A stretch of 64,000 nucleotides of DNA from a virus (taxonomy: Duplodnaviria > Caudoviricetes), in the IMG/VR virus record IMGVR_UViG_3300032030_000005, positions 1 to 64,000 of that record; one strand, 5' to 3'. Under the pieces are notes generated by a model. That model worked only from the letters and a program-made list of their open reading frames with translations, ran no database searches and was not told where the DNA came from. A program made the position numbers and the translations under genes. Positions 51,497 through 62,133 of the stretch are shown here, in pieces. Position 1 is the first letter of the stretch; the number at the start of each line of letters is the position of its first letter.

Positions 51497-52042
51497 TTAA
51501 TCTTTATACCAGTTGGCGAGTCTATGCTTATCTGTGCCAAAGTTATCTTTACCCTGATTGATAAAGACTTCTTCAACTTCTCCGGTCTTATAATTAAGCA
51601 TTTCACATTTCTGCTGATAGTTATATTCTACAATAGCATTTGTCTGATCTGCTGCAAAGTATACTTTTTCACCATTAGTTCTATCTACGATACCAACAAT
51701 ATTTTCACTAACTGCTTCAGCATTATTTAAATCATAACGTTCACAGTCATATACCTGAACTGTTGATGTATAAATATCAGATATACTACACCAATCCATT
51801 CTCCATTTTACTTCATCATAGATTCTAAGTAAATCATTCTTCTTATACTGAGGCTTAGTCGGATCTTTAATATATTCGATCAAATCATCTCTATCTAATA
51901 AATCATTACCTGATTCTACTAATGGCTTATGCTTCTGAACTAATAATAATTCATAAGGCTTATACTTATCAAAATAATTAAATACGTTCTTATCGATCTT
52001 AGGGCTATTAGTTATAATACTTATAATTTCAGCTGCTGTCAT
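51497..52042 (-). CDS. Hypothetical late protein (start MTAAEII)
   Basis: GAAAGGA SD and late promoter 52068-52079 place the start at 52042. Confidence 0.7.
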   Translation of the reverse strand: MTAAEIISIITNSPKIDKNVFNYFDKYKPYELLLVQKHKPLVESGNDLLDRDDLIEYIKDPTKPQYKKNDLLRIYDEVKWRMDWCSISDIYTSTVQVYDCERYDLNNAEAVSENIVGIVDRTNGEKVYFAADQTNAIVEYNYQQKCEMLNYKTGEVEEVFINQGKDNFGTDKHRLANWYKD

Positions 52043-52097
52043 AATATCATTCCTTTCTATAGAAATATAACCATTTGTTAAAAGGAGGCAAACTAAT

Positions 52098-52565
52098 ATG
52101 AATATAGAAATTTTAAAATTCAAAATAACTGATTATAAAGATAAAGTTATCCCAAAAAAATTATTTAGAAAAGAAAAAATAGTTAAAGAAGAAATATCAT
52201 ATGAAATTAAATTATCATATAATTTAGATGAAGATAGATTTTATTATGAGGATGAAAATAAATTAATCCCTACTAAAAAAGATTTATCAAGATCTATATT
52301 AATGTTATATGATATTTATAAGAGATATGAGAAGTTTGGTTATGCAGAAAATTTTATATTATCCAAAAATAATTTAGGAGTATTTCTTAAGAATTTCTTT
52401 ATATGTAATAATGATGAAAATGATAGTTATTTAAAAAGAATGATTTTTGGAACTCAGCCTATTAATATAATGCTTATTAATAGTGTTTTAGATGAATTAA
52501 ATATCAAAGATGTAGATTTTACTAATTACTATTATTATCAGTATCCTACTATAAAATTTAGATAA
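52098..52565 (+). CDS. Hypothetical protein
   Basis: AAGGAGG SD; 155 aa. Confidence 0.75.
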   Translation: MNIEILKFKITDYKDKVIPKKLFRKEKIVKEEISYEIKLSYNLDEDRFYYEDENKLIPTKKDLSRSILMLYDIYKRYEKFGYAENFILSKNNLGVFLKNFFICNNDENDSYLKRMIFGTQPINIMLINSVLDELNIKDVDFTNYYYYQYPTIKFR

Positions 52566-52720
52566 AAAAAAATGCTAGACGTAATGTTACATGTAACATT
52601 ACGTCTAGCTCCCGTTAATAGACTCGATATATGCTATATGCACTATTAACCATACTAAGCCTTTCAGTAGTAAACTACCCTCGGAGATTAATAGAACATT
52701 ACATACTCTATCTATTCACA
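52563..52720 (-). ncRNA. Candidate early sRNA C (~155 nt)
   Basis: Early promoter at 52724-52736; several hairpins; ends in a 36-bp perfect palindrome plus U9. Confidence 0.55.
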
Positions 52721-52804
52721 ATTATAATATATATTTAAAATAATGAGTTAATACGGTTTATAATAAAAGTTATATACATTCCTACTATAAAATTTAGACA
52801 AAAC

Positions 52805-53058
52805 AAAAAAAAAATAAGTACAACAATGTACTTATTTTTTTTTTCTCTATTTCGCAAGAAACGTTGCTTCACAGCAAGGCTAGACAAGCAAGCATAGAGA
52901 GGCACTCTTGTTCTTTTTTCAATGGTCTACAAGGAAAAGACCCTGACATATTATGAACAACTGAATAAAATATTATTTATAAGTAAGTGTATACTATACA
53001 CTTACTTTCTGGAGGACTTTTGAAGAGAATATAAGGGGGATATATTCTCTTCATCACA
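52805..53058 (-). ncRNA. Candidate early sRNA D (~250 nt)
   Basis: Early promoter at 53062-53074; 5' hairpin with UCCCCCU loop; terminator 52805-52843. Confidence 0.6.
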
Positions 53059-53136
53059 ATTATAATATATATTTGAAAATTACATTTAAAACAGAAATTA
53101 TATCCCTAAAGGTTATTAACCTTTAGGGATATAATT

Positions 53137-54291
53137 TTAAATAAATAAATCGTCACCTGGATTGCTTGTTGCATCATATTTAGGAACGACATCTTGTCTA
53201 TTATCAGGATTATAATTACTTTCAAGACTGTTTGAAGTACTCATATCTTCCTGTTTTAATGTAGTAATTGTTTGATGTTCTGTCTGTCTTACGTCATCAT
53301 CAAGAGCTTTTGCAAGTTTCTTAACTGTATCCGCAGCCTTAAGCTTTCTTTTAGCAACTGCCTGATCATGTTTACTATTAGAAAGAGCTACAGCATCTGC
53401 TTCCATAGTCATAGAAAGATATTTTAATGATTCTGCAATATCATTCTTCTTGAAGTAGAACCAGCAAATAAATACTCTAATTAAATAGATAGCTGCAACA
53501 ATGGCTGTACCAACTAATGCAATACCAGCTGTAGCAGCAAGAACCGGATGAGCACCAGCACCAGCTGTAACAATTTGACCTAAAGTACCAACAATTGAAG
53601 CTCCTTCTGGAACTGCTTCATTATAAACCATTTCATATTCTTCAACTTTTCTTTCAAAAGTTTCATTAAGAGTAAGTTTATTATTTCTACAAAGATCGTT
53701 AAACTTTTCAAGATTTTTAAATAAAATATTTTTCTTTAATGAGTTTGTCGGTGGATCTCTATAAATTAAAAGATTATCTTCAGTAATAGAAATACAATTA
53801 ATAAATACAATTGATGTTGCATCCATAACAGCTAATGATACTGTCTGATATAAAAGAATATTAACACTATCGTTTGTATCATAAGCTTTTTCAAAATACT
53901 TAATATTCTTTTCAAGATTATTCATAGCAGTTTCAACAATATGAAATGCTGTTACAGCTTCTACTGTATTTTTACCCTTAGCTTTTTCAAGCATAGGCTT
54001 TAAAACTGATAAACACTTCTTAGTAATCTTATAAGCCTTAGACTTAGTAATATTACCTCTTGTTTGTGGTAAATCTAAGAAAGCACCTTTCTTATTTAAT
54101 GCTTGAAGACGCTTTTCTGATTTCTTCATAGCTATAGAACCAACTTTATCAGCTAATCCTATTTTTTGTGCTTCAGTTAAACTATTTAAAAATTTATCTG
54201 ATACTACAAAAGAATTTGTATCTAAATAATTTTCTTTTAATACAGCTTCTAATGTAAATCTATCAGGAGTCATATTCATTATATAAGCCAT
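53137..54291 (-). CDS. Virion structural or internal protein with TM-like segment
   Basis: 384 aa; late operon; L-x-E motifs; Ala/Gly hydrophobic helix. Confidence 0.6.
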   Translation of the reverse strand: MAYIMNMTPDRFTLEAVLKENYLDTNSFVVSDKFLNSLTEAQKIGLADKVGSIAMKKSEKRLQALNKKGAFLDLPQTRGNITKSKAYKITKKCLSVLKPMLEKAKGKNTVEAVTAFHIVETAMNNLEKNIKYFEKAYDTNDSVNILLYQTVSLAVMDATSIVFINCISITEDNLLIYRDPPTNSLKKNILFKNLEKFNDLCRNNKLTLNETFERKVEEYEMVYNEAVPEGASIVGTLGQIVTAGAGAHPVLAATAGIALVGTAIVAAIYLIRVFICWFYFKKNDIAESLKYLSMTMEADAVALSNSKHDQAVAKRKLKAADTVKKLAKALDDDVRQTEHQTITTLKQEDMSTSNSLESNYNPDNRQDVVPKYDATSNPGDDLFI

Positions 54292-54309
54292 TTTTTACAC
54301 CCCTCTCTA

Positions 54310-55683
54310 TTATCTACCAAATAATGACTTAAGATCATCTAAGTTAAGAGGCTTCGGCTTCTTCTGTCTCTTAAATGCTTCAAGCTTTTTAACGATATAA
54401 TGACCAGATGGCTCATCATAAATATATACTGTATTTGTAGATTCATCAATATAACCAAAATTTAATAAATATAATTGATCTAATAAATTCTGAGCAAATT
54501 TAGGTAATGTTAAATCAACCTTATATGTATTAGCTATATAATCTACTTCATCTTTAGAAACCATTAATGTAGCAACCTTAATAGGAGCATCTAAAGAATG
54601 ATTTGATAATCTGGTTGCTTTATTCATAGCTCTAAGCTTCTTTAATTTAAACCACCAATAGTTAGATGATTTAGCGGCCTGAATACCAGTATTCTTCATG
54701 TTTGTAAAGTCAAATAAGAATTCAAATAAACCTTTAGCAAAATTATATTCACCAGTAGTCCATTTAATAAATCTGAAGAAACCAGTATTCTTATATGAGT
54801 TACCAATATTAAAGATGATATCTTCTGATTTAATAGGATGAGCTACACATTTAACACCAAAGATAACTTCTTTTTCATCAAGAGATGATCTAGACATGCC
54901 ATATGATGGATTCTTTTCATTTCTAGAACCAATATTAAAAATAGATTTACCATCAGTTCCTGGAATTGGAATACCTATACCTGCAGAAACTGAATTCTGC
55001 ACAGAGTTGGCTACAGAAATTCTAACTTTTAAAAACGTTGGCTGTAAATCATTAACCTTTTTAAACATATCTGGATCAAATACATTCTTATCAGAGAATG
55101 TAGCTGTTGATGAGCTAGAAGTTGTTTGCTTAACAGAATAACTAAAAGGTCCAATATCATTAGTTGATTCCCATGAATTATCTGTTTTATTAACAATTGT
55201 TCCGTTTGGAGTATCATCTTTGGCTTCTTTTAAGTATTTAGGTAAAGTAGTTTCATTTAAAGACCATTTACAGAATTTATCTTCAACTGGAATTAATGAA
55301 GATTGAAGAGCAGAATTAATAGATTCTTCAAATAATGCTGGTGTTCTCATAATTTGAGAATTTGGTCCACCTTCAATATTAGTATGTACAAGTTTTAATG
55401 CTGATAAAAGATCGCCAGTACCATTAGTTAATTTACCAAAATCATTTTGAAGTAAAAGTCTAAGCATAATAGTATTTTCAACTTCAAAACCATCAGCTAA
55501 TGCAGTTGCTGCATCAACCGAAATATTTTGACTTATTAATAATGGAAATTGTAATATATAATCTTTAGCTAACATTTTAAGAGATTGACCATTTGGCATT
55601 GTTTGTTTATAATCTCTAGATGTTGTTGCTCTCATTGTCATATAACGATCTAAGATATTATTAAAAGCTCCCATAAAATTCAT
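54310..55683 (-). CDS. Virion structural protein (likely start at the second Met, 55674)
   Basis: 457 aa; late promoter 55703-55714; LQFPLLIS, LQPTFLKV and FGVKCVAHPI motifs. Confidence 0.6.
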   Translation of the reverse strand: MNFMGAFNNILDRYMTMRATTSRDYKQTMPNGQSLKMLAKDYILQFPLLISQNISVDAATALADGFEVENTIMLRLLLQNDFGKLTNGTGDLLSALKLVHTNIEGGPNSQIMRTPALFEESINSALQSSLIPVEDKFCKWSLNETTLPKYLKEAKDDTPNGTIVNKTDNSWESTNDIGPFSYSVKQTTSSSSTATFSDKNVFDPDMFKKVNDLQPTFLKVRISVANSVQNSVSAGIGIPIPGTDGKSIFNIGSRNEKNPSYGMSRSSLDEKEVIFGVKCVAHPIKSEDIIFNIGNSYKNTGFFRFIKWTTGEYNFAKGLFEFLFDFTNMKNTGIQAAKSSNYWWFKLKKLRAMNKATRLSNHSLDAPIKVATLMVSKDEVDYIANTYKVDLTLPKFAQNLLDQLYLLNFGYIDESTNTVYIYDEPSGHYIVKKLEAFKRQKKPKPLNLDDLKSLFGR

Positions 55684-55732
55684 TCCTTTCTATTAAAAAA
55701 TATAAATGGTTGTTAATAGTGTATTATTAATG

Positions 55733-56088
55733 AAAAAAAAAATAATTAACCCTATAAAGGGAGGCTAAGTAGTATTGCATACTTAGCCTAAACAAAAATT
55801 AATATCAGAGGCCCACAACAATACTTAAATTGTTTACAGTTTATTTTTAATTGAAAAAGTTTTAATTAAATACCTAATAAAATTCCAATGATGAGCTTAT
55901 AAATTAAACTAGCCATGTTATAAAACCTCTCAATTAAATAAATTGAGATTAATATTAGTGAGAGAGCATTGGTTTACTTCTGTAATATATTGTATCTGTA
56001 GGAACAAACTATCTTAAAAGATATCAAACATATCTCCTACTGGGCTTGACGACTAGTGAAGCATGGTTCATCACCCACTAATCTCTAC
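55733..56088 (-). ncRNA. Candidate structured early ncRNA E (~355 nt)
   Basis: Early promoter at 56093-56105; stems attagtg/cactaat, gtagga/tcctac, aggctaagta/tacttagcct; U10 end. Confidence 0.5.
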
Positions 56089-56168
56089 TATAATAATATA
56101 TATTTAAAGATTTTTATGTAAAACAACAACCTAATATTAAATTTATATATAGAAGAAGGTGATTTAAT

Positions 56169-57920
56169 ATGAGAAATGCTGCTGATATTTTAAAAGAACG
56201 TTATATTGATGAAGTTAATATATATGATAATTTTAATCCATATAGAATTAAAGAAAATGTAGAGCCTTTTATGGGAGGATTACCTATAATATTTATGACT
56301 ACACCTTCAATGTCAATTATTGATGGAGATGCTGTATACGAAAATTTAGCATTGGTAAATCCTTTATTTACATTATTAGAAACAACTGATTTTAATTTAT
56401 TAAAAGGACTTCAATATGGTGAAGGTGGTACTAATTCACCTTTTATTAAAATATTAACAAATAGATTTAAAGGTATAACTCTTAAAGACTTTGTTATGAG
56501 CACAACAGACGAGCATGAAACATATTATGGTTGGAAACAAATTCTTCCGGGATCAACAGTTGAAAACTTTACGGCTGAAGGATCTTTGATAGTAACATTT
56601 TCTGAAACTAAAAACTTAGATATTACTAAATATAATTATGCTTGGATGAATTATATAGAAGCTGTTAGATATGGTACTTATGAACCAAAAGCTTCAACAA
56701 GAAGTACCAGAACTTTAGATTTTACATCTTCATTATATTTCTTCTTATTAGACTTTGATATGAGAACGATATTATATTTCTGCAAATATACTGGTGTATA
56801 TCCAACAAATGTTCCATTAGGAAGTACTATTATTAGTGATAATATATCTACAACTAAAAATATGATTGATTCTCCTATTACATTTGCATATCAATATAAA
56901 GAAGAAATGAATCCACAAATATTATATGATTTTAATATAGTATCTGAAGATCCAGGTAGTTTATTTAAAAATCTTAAACATGGTGAAGATGGTACTCCAA
57001 GTTTATATGGTGGTTTTAAACAATATAATCCTACTGATTATATGATAACTAGTACACTTAATATAGAAGATAAAAAAGATAATAGTTCGACAAATGCTCT
57101 TTTAGATGATGGTAGAGATTATTTATATGTAAAGAATTATAACACACCTGTAATAAGAATGGCTAATGAAGAAAGTTATGATTCTAATAGTCAGACTAGC
57201 TTTAATAGTGCAGAAACTAATAAAACTACATTTGTAATGGAATTCTTAAATACTAATGAAAAAGCTACTGCTGCAAGTATCTTTAATGATGGTACATCTA
57301 GTAATGGTGCTGCATATAAGTCTTCAGCTCTTAGTGAATTAAAGAATAAAATTCGTGGAGAAGCTTTAGCATTATTAGCATCTACAGTAGGTAAATCATT
57401 CTCCAGTGTTGATGATTTAAATACTCATAGAGAAATTTATGAATTATGGTTAGAAAATGTTAATGGTGGAGATATTAAAGATGCTAAAGATGTTGATTGG
57501 AGTGATAATCCAGTTTATGCATCTGAAGAAGCTTATGAATATGCTAAAGAATGTTGGAAACAACAAGTAGAACGAGAAGGTTTGCAAGAAGGTACAGTAG
57601 AATATGAAGAAAGATATGCTGAATTAGAAAAAGACTATTGGAATATTAATTCTGGTGGTCTTCAATATGAATTAGGTGAAGATGGTGAAAAATTATCAGC
57701 TGGATATGAAGATGGTGACTTTGAACAATGGATGCAAGAATATAGTAAATACGAAAATCCAGAAAAATATCAGGAATTAGTTACATTAGTTAATAAAGCT
57801 AAAGAAAAAACTAATGAAGAATATCAGGCTAGTGTTGATAGATCTAAATACGATACATATGCCAATCAATCAGCTGAAGAATTTGCTAATTTATATGGTG
57901 AATTCTATGGAGTAATTTAA
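56169..57920 (+). CDS. Tail-tube-fold baseplate protein (gp48/gp54-like) with acidic C-terminal extension
   Basis: N-terminal half parallels 30511-31416 (WMNYIEAVRYG; FCKYTGVYPTNVPL). Confidence 0.65.
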   Translation: MRNAADILKERYIDEVNIYDNFNPYRIKENVEPFMGGLPIIFMTTPSMSIIDGDAVYENLALVNPLFTLLETTDFNLLKGLQYGEGGTNSPFIKILTNRFKGITLKDFVMSTTDEHETYYGWKQILPGSTVENFTAEGSLIVTFSETKNLDITKYNYAWMNYIEAVRYGTYEPKASTRSTRTLDFTSSLYFFLLDFDMRTILYFCKYTGVYPTNVPLGSTIISDNISTTKNMIDSPITFAYQYKEEMNPQILYDFNIVSEDPGSLFKNLKHGEDGTPSLYGGFKQYNPTDYMITSTLNIEDKKDNSSTNALLDDGRDYLYVKNYNTPVIRMANEESYDSNSQTSFNSAETNKTTFVMEFLNTNEKATAASIFNDGTSSNGAAYKSSALSELKNKIRGEALALLASTVGKSFSSVDDLNTHREIYELWLENVNGGDIKDAKDVDWSDNPVYASEEAYEYAKECWKQQVEREGLQEGTVEYEERYAELEKDYWNINSGGLQYELGEDGEKLSAGYEDGDFEQWMQEYSKYENPEKYQELVTLVNKAKEKTNEEYQASVDRSKYDTYANQSAEEFANLYGEFYGVI

Positions 57921-57937
57921 ATAAAGAAGGTGAAAAT

Positions 57938-60900
57938 ATGGCAATAGATATTACTAATAAAATAACATCAACTGATTATGCAGATAATACAGTTGATACA
58001 TCTGATAAATCTATTATAAATATTAATTCAACAAGTTATAATGTATTTAATAATTGGATGGACTTTGTTAAGAAGTATTTTGGTTTAGATGAAACAGACT
58101 CTCCATATATAAGTACTTTAAAGTCTTCATTCTTTGGTTATTTTAATGAAATAGCTTCTAGTGAAATTAAGAATGCCGTTTATCATAAGAATTTCTTATA
58201 TGATGAGCACTTTTTAAATACGGCTATTTTACCAGAAAGTATTTATAATTTTGCGAAGCAATTTAATGTACCAATAGATACTGCCACTCCAGCAACAATG
58301 TATTTAAAAATAGGTGTTGCCGAAAGTAGTTTAACGTCTAGTACTTTATTAAAAGAAGTTTCTATTGATAAAGAATCTACTAATAAAAATGATAATGTCC
58401 TTAAGATATATAATTTAACATTTACTAGAGATAACACTTTATTTACAGTAAGTAATTATAACTTTTTATTACCATATCCAATAGTATTAACTATTCAGGA
58501 AATAAGTGGTGTTACACCAGATGATAAATCTTATAGCTATGCAGTTAATTATGATACTACTGCTGAAAGATTTCCTTTTACAGAAGCCATGGGCACATTA
58601 CCATTTTTAAAAGTATGGAAAGAAAATGTTGATGATGTAGATTATGTATTTATAGCCTTTCAGGTATATCAGTTTGAAAAAAGAACTACTGAAGTATTAG
58701 TCACTTCAACACAAGATAACCCTGATACTATTTATCATAACGTTAAATTTGATAATCAATTAGCATTCTTTGATGCTAAATATGAATTTAATGGAAAGAT
58801 TACTGATTTAAATCTTTACTTTAATAATATATATGTGCCTAGTGAAGAAGAATATTTTGCATATTATACATATTTAAATGATAACTGCTTACAGATATCT
58901 TTTTCATCAAACGATATTACAGGTTTTAGACCGACACAGGGTTCTACCTTATATTTTAGGACTTATACTACATTAGGCGAGGAAGGTAACTTTGATTACT
59001 CTGGTGGAGTGTCTATGAAGTTTACTAATAACACTTCATATGGTTATCTTGATTTCTCTTGTGAAACATTTGTTGATGGTTCTAGTGGTGGTAAAAATCG
59101 CTTAGACACTTACGGTCAAAAGATTAAAATCTTAGAAAAGATTACTACTAGAAATAATGTAATTACTGATAATGATTTAATAAGATTCTTTGATTCTGTT
59201 AATGAGTCTTTAAATATTAATGGTAGTACTATTAAATTCTTAAAGAAACAGGATGATGTAATTAAACGTATTTATTGTAATTTCTTATTATTAAGAGATG
59301 AAAATAAACGTGTAATACCAACTAATACAGCTCCACATATTAAAGTAAAAGCTCAAGATTTATTAGTTGATAAGAATAAATACGTTATTAAAGAGCATTC
59401 TATCGTTAAATGTAATTATGTAAGAGATATTGCTAATTATAATCCATTAACCATGGATCCAGAATTAGTAGTGGAAAACTTTAATGACTATTTTGATACT
59501 ACAAATAATTTAAGATATTCTCAAGACTATATCGAGTATTTCTTAGACAATGAATATTTCCAGAACATCTTAAATGAAAAGACTGAGTCTTATGAAATAG
59601 CCTTAGATACTTTAGATAGTATTTATGATATTATGAAATTCTTTGAAGTAGAAAATGATGAATTAGTTTATACTATTCCATTTATGATTTCTATTGAAAA
59701 AGATCCTTTCCTTAAAGCTACTTATTATAATATGGATGTAAATACTAATGCTCAAATTAACTATAAATATTTAAATAGTAAAGTTGGTGCTTCATTCAAT
59801 ATTAGTACTTTAAGTATTGAAAAAGATGTTAATCCTACAGCCACTAATAAATATACTTTAGATTCTAATGTATATAAATTATCATTTAATTTAAATACTA
59901 ATGTAAGTTATTCTGAACTAAAAGAAAAAGTTGTTGTTAAATGTTTAATGACTGATATGAAAGATTCTAAAGTATATGGTCATTTCTTCTTTAAACTTAG
60001 AGATGTAGATATTGATGAAAATAATGTAGTAAGTTATTCTTATAAATATGAAGCTGAATTAGCTACAGATTATACTTTTGATAATGGTATGCTTAATATG
60101 TATAACTGTTTATACAGAAATATAGCATCTATTAATGGTTATAAGAGTCAATTATTTAAAACAGTTCCTATTGATGAAGATATCTGTTTCCAGATTGGTA
60201 TACTTTATTATGATAAAAGTTTAGCTGAGACACAGAATAAAGAAGAAAAGGCTGACTGGTTCTATCCTTTCCCTGATGGTTTTATTCAAAATATTGAAGA
60301 CGCTGTAAGAGTTATAGATGATAGAACTGGTGGTAAAGAATTTACTTCTTGTGAAGATTTAACAGATCAGTCCGAATTTTACACAAATACTAACGATGTT
60401 ACCTTATGGAAAGGTTATAGAAATATAGATTCTATACTTTTCTTACCGGTTGAATTAGATTCTTCAAACTCAACAGGTTCTAATAATAATTATCAATATT
60501 ATCAAGATAAACCATTTGATTGGAATATAGAAATTGATGATAAACATCCATATACGCATTCATTTGGTTGTCTGGCATATTTTTTAAATGAGCATAAATT
60601 ATCAGATTGTAAACTTACTATAAAAATAAAAGATACATTCCCGGTAAATAATCCAGATGCTGATACTAATCATTTAAGTTTAAATGGTTATGCTAAAATT
60701 GTAATACCAAATCTTAAAATTGATACAACAGTAATTAATATAGAAATTGGTCATAAAATTAAATATGATGAAGCATTACCTAACTTTGGTAATGAAGATG
60801 AGAATATTTCTATTACTAAATCATATGATAAAGATGGTAATAAATTTATAACTATTACAATTGAGAGTATTATAAAGATTATAAATGATATCAATACAAG

Positions 60901-62062
60901 TTATATTAAAATTATTACTGCTGATGAGGATGAAAGTGATGAAAGTTACAAAATTTATAGAAGATTAAATGAAACAGTTCCTATAGATGATACATTAGGA
61001 CATACAATATTAGAAAATGTAGAAAAGATGGATAGAGTATCTGTTATGTTCTATAATATTGTAAGAGGAATTACTAATAATCTATCAAATGATGTAGTAG
61101 AAGCTGATATGAGTGAACTATCAATAGATTCTATATTAGTATCTAGAACTGATTATGATATGGATAATGATGTTGATAGTAGATCAAATATTAATAATTA
61201 TGTATTAGCTACTGTATTAGATAATGCTTCTCCTGTAAAGATGTATCAGAATTTGTCAAGTGTTATGAGTTCTATTGTTGAATATGATGAAGAAACTGAT
61301 ACATTTGATATAGAATTAGTACCATTAATTTCATTAAGATATTATATGGCTAGACCAAAAATGTTATATGATTTATTAAATAAATTTATAGCTATTGTTG
61401 ATAGCCTTTTACCTAGACTTGAAAATAATACTAATTGTGATATGAAGTTCTATAATACTTACGGCCCGTCAAGATATTATTATTTCACAAAACAGTATTT
61501 AGATGAAATTAATTACGTAGACAAAGAAACTGGAGAGGAAGTTGATATTAATGACGATAACTTCAATCCTTATAGAAGTGCTATAGTTACTACTAACTCT
61601 ACAGTTATGTATAATTATTTAGGCAGAACTGATGCTATGTTAGATTTTACTATCTATGTAAATGAAAATATCACAAATCAAAAGGACGAAGAAATTAAGA
61701 AATATATTTCTGACTTTGTAGAGGCTTCTAATGATGATTTAATATTACCTATTTCTAATTTAATAGTAGCTTTACAGAATAATTTTCCTATTATTAAATT
61801 TATTAAATATAATGGTATCTTTAGTGATATTGTAAATAGTAACAACCCTTCAATTAATAATGACTATCAGTTAATTGATAATGATTTTGATTTTAATAAT
61901 TTAAGTAAAGATGAAATTAGAACTTATGTTCCTGAATATCTTAACTTAAAGAAATCTGTTATTAAAGAAACCGAAGATGCCATTGTGTATACTAATAATA
62001 TATTTAATTTACTTAAGTATTCTACATATGACTATGTAATTAAGATTACTTATAAATTATAA
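57938..62062 (+). CDS. Baseplate wedge protein (T4 gp6 / baseplate J-like)
   Basis: EHFLNTAILPESIYNFAK..PA, TTLGEEGN, SSGGKN, TRNNVITDND motifs. Confidence 0.85.
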   Translation: MAIDITNKITSTDYADNTVDTSDKSIININSTSYNVFNNWMDFVKKYFGLDETDSPYISTLKSSFFGYFNEIASSEIKNAVYHKNFLYDEHFLNTAILPESIYNFAKQFNVPIDTATPATMYLKIGVAESSLTSSTLLKEVSIDKESTNKNDNVLKIYNLTFTRDNTLFTVSNYNFLLPYPIVLTIQEISGVTPDDKSYSYAVNYDTTAERFPFTEAMGTLPFLKVWKENVDDVDYVFIAFQVYQFEKRTTEVLVTSTQDNPDTIYHNVKFDNQLAFFDAKYEFNGKITDLNLYFNNIYVPSEEEYFAYYTYLNDNCLQISFSSNDITGFRPTQGSTLYFRTYTTLGEEGNFDYSGGVSMKFTNNTSYGYLDFSCETFVDGSSGGKNRLDTYGQKIKILEKITTRNNVITDNDLIRFFDSVNESLNINGSTIKFLKKQDDVIKRIYCNFLLLRDENKRVIPTNTAPHIKVKAQDLLVDKNKYVIKEHSIVKCNYVRDIANYNPLTMDPELVVENFNDYFDTTNNLRYSQDYIEYFLDNEYFQNILNEKTESYEIALDTLDSIYDIMKFFEVENDELVYTIPFMISIEKDPFLKATYYNMDVNTNAQINYKYLNSKVGASFNISTLSIEKDVNPTATNKYTLDSNVYKLSFNLNTNVSYSELKEKVVVKCLMTDMKDSKVYGHFFFKLRDVDIDENNVVSYSYKYEAELATDYTFDNGMLNMYNCLYRNIASINGYKSQLFKTVPIDEDICFQIGILYYDKSLAETQNKEEKADWFYPFPDGFIQNIEDAVRVIDDRTGGKEFTSCEDLTDQSEFYTNTNDVTLWKGYRNIDSILFLPVELDSSNSTGSNNNYQYYQDKPFDWNIEIDDKHPYTHSFGCLAYFLNEHKLSDCKLTIKIKDTFPVNNPDADTNHLSLNGYAKIVIPNLKIDTTVINIEIGHKIKYDEALPNFGNEDENISITKSYDKDGNKFITITIESIIKIINDINTSYIKIITADEDESDESYKIYRRLNETVPIDDTLGHTILENVEKMDRVSVMFYNIVRGITNNLSNDVVEADMSELSIDSILVSRTDYDMDNDVDSRSNINNYVLATVLDNASPVKMYQNLSSVMSSIVEYDEETDTFDIELVPLISLRYYMARPKMLYDLLNKFIAIVDSLLPRLENNTNCDMKFYNTYGPSRYYYFTKQYLDEINYVDKETGEEVDINDDNFNPYRSAIVTTNSTVMYNYLGRTDAMLDFTIYVNENITNQKDEEIKKYISDFVEASNDDLILPISNLIVALQNNFPIIKFIKYNGIFSDIVNSNNPSINNDYQLIDNDFDFNNLSKDEIRTYVPEYLNLKKSVIKETEDAIVYTNNIFNLLKYSTYDYVIKITYKL

Positions 62063-62133
62063 AAAAAAATAGAGATAAGCCTAGTGCTTATCTCTATTTT
62101 TCTATGAAAGGAAATAGGTAGGAAGATTTCTAA

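Noticed and set aside
56004-56040. Mini-ORF MFDIF* with AGGAG SD inside ncRNA E
   Set aside because: Only five codons, and the SD is sequestered in the gtagga/tcctac stem; not supportable as a CDS
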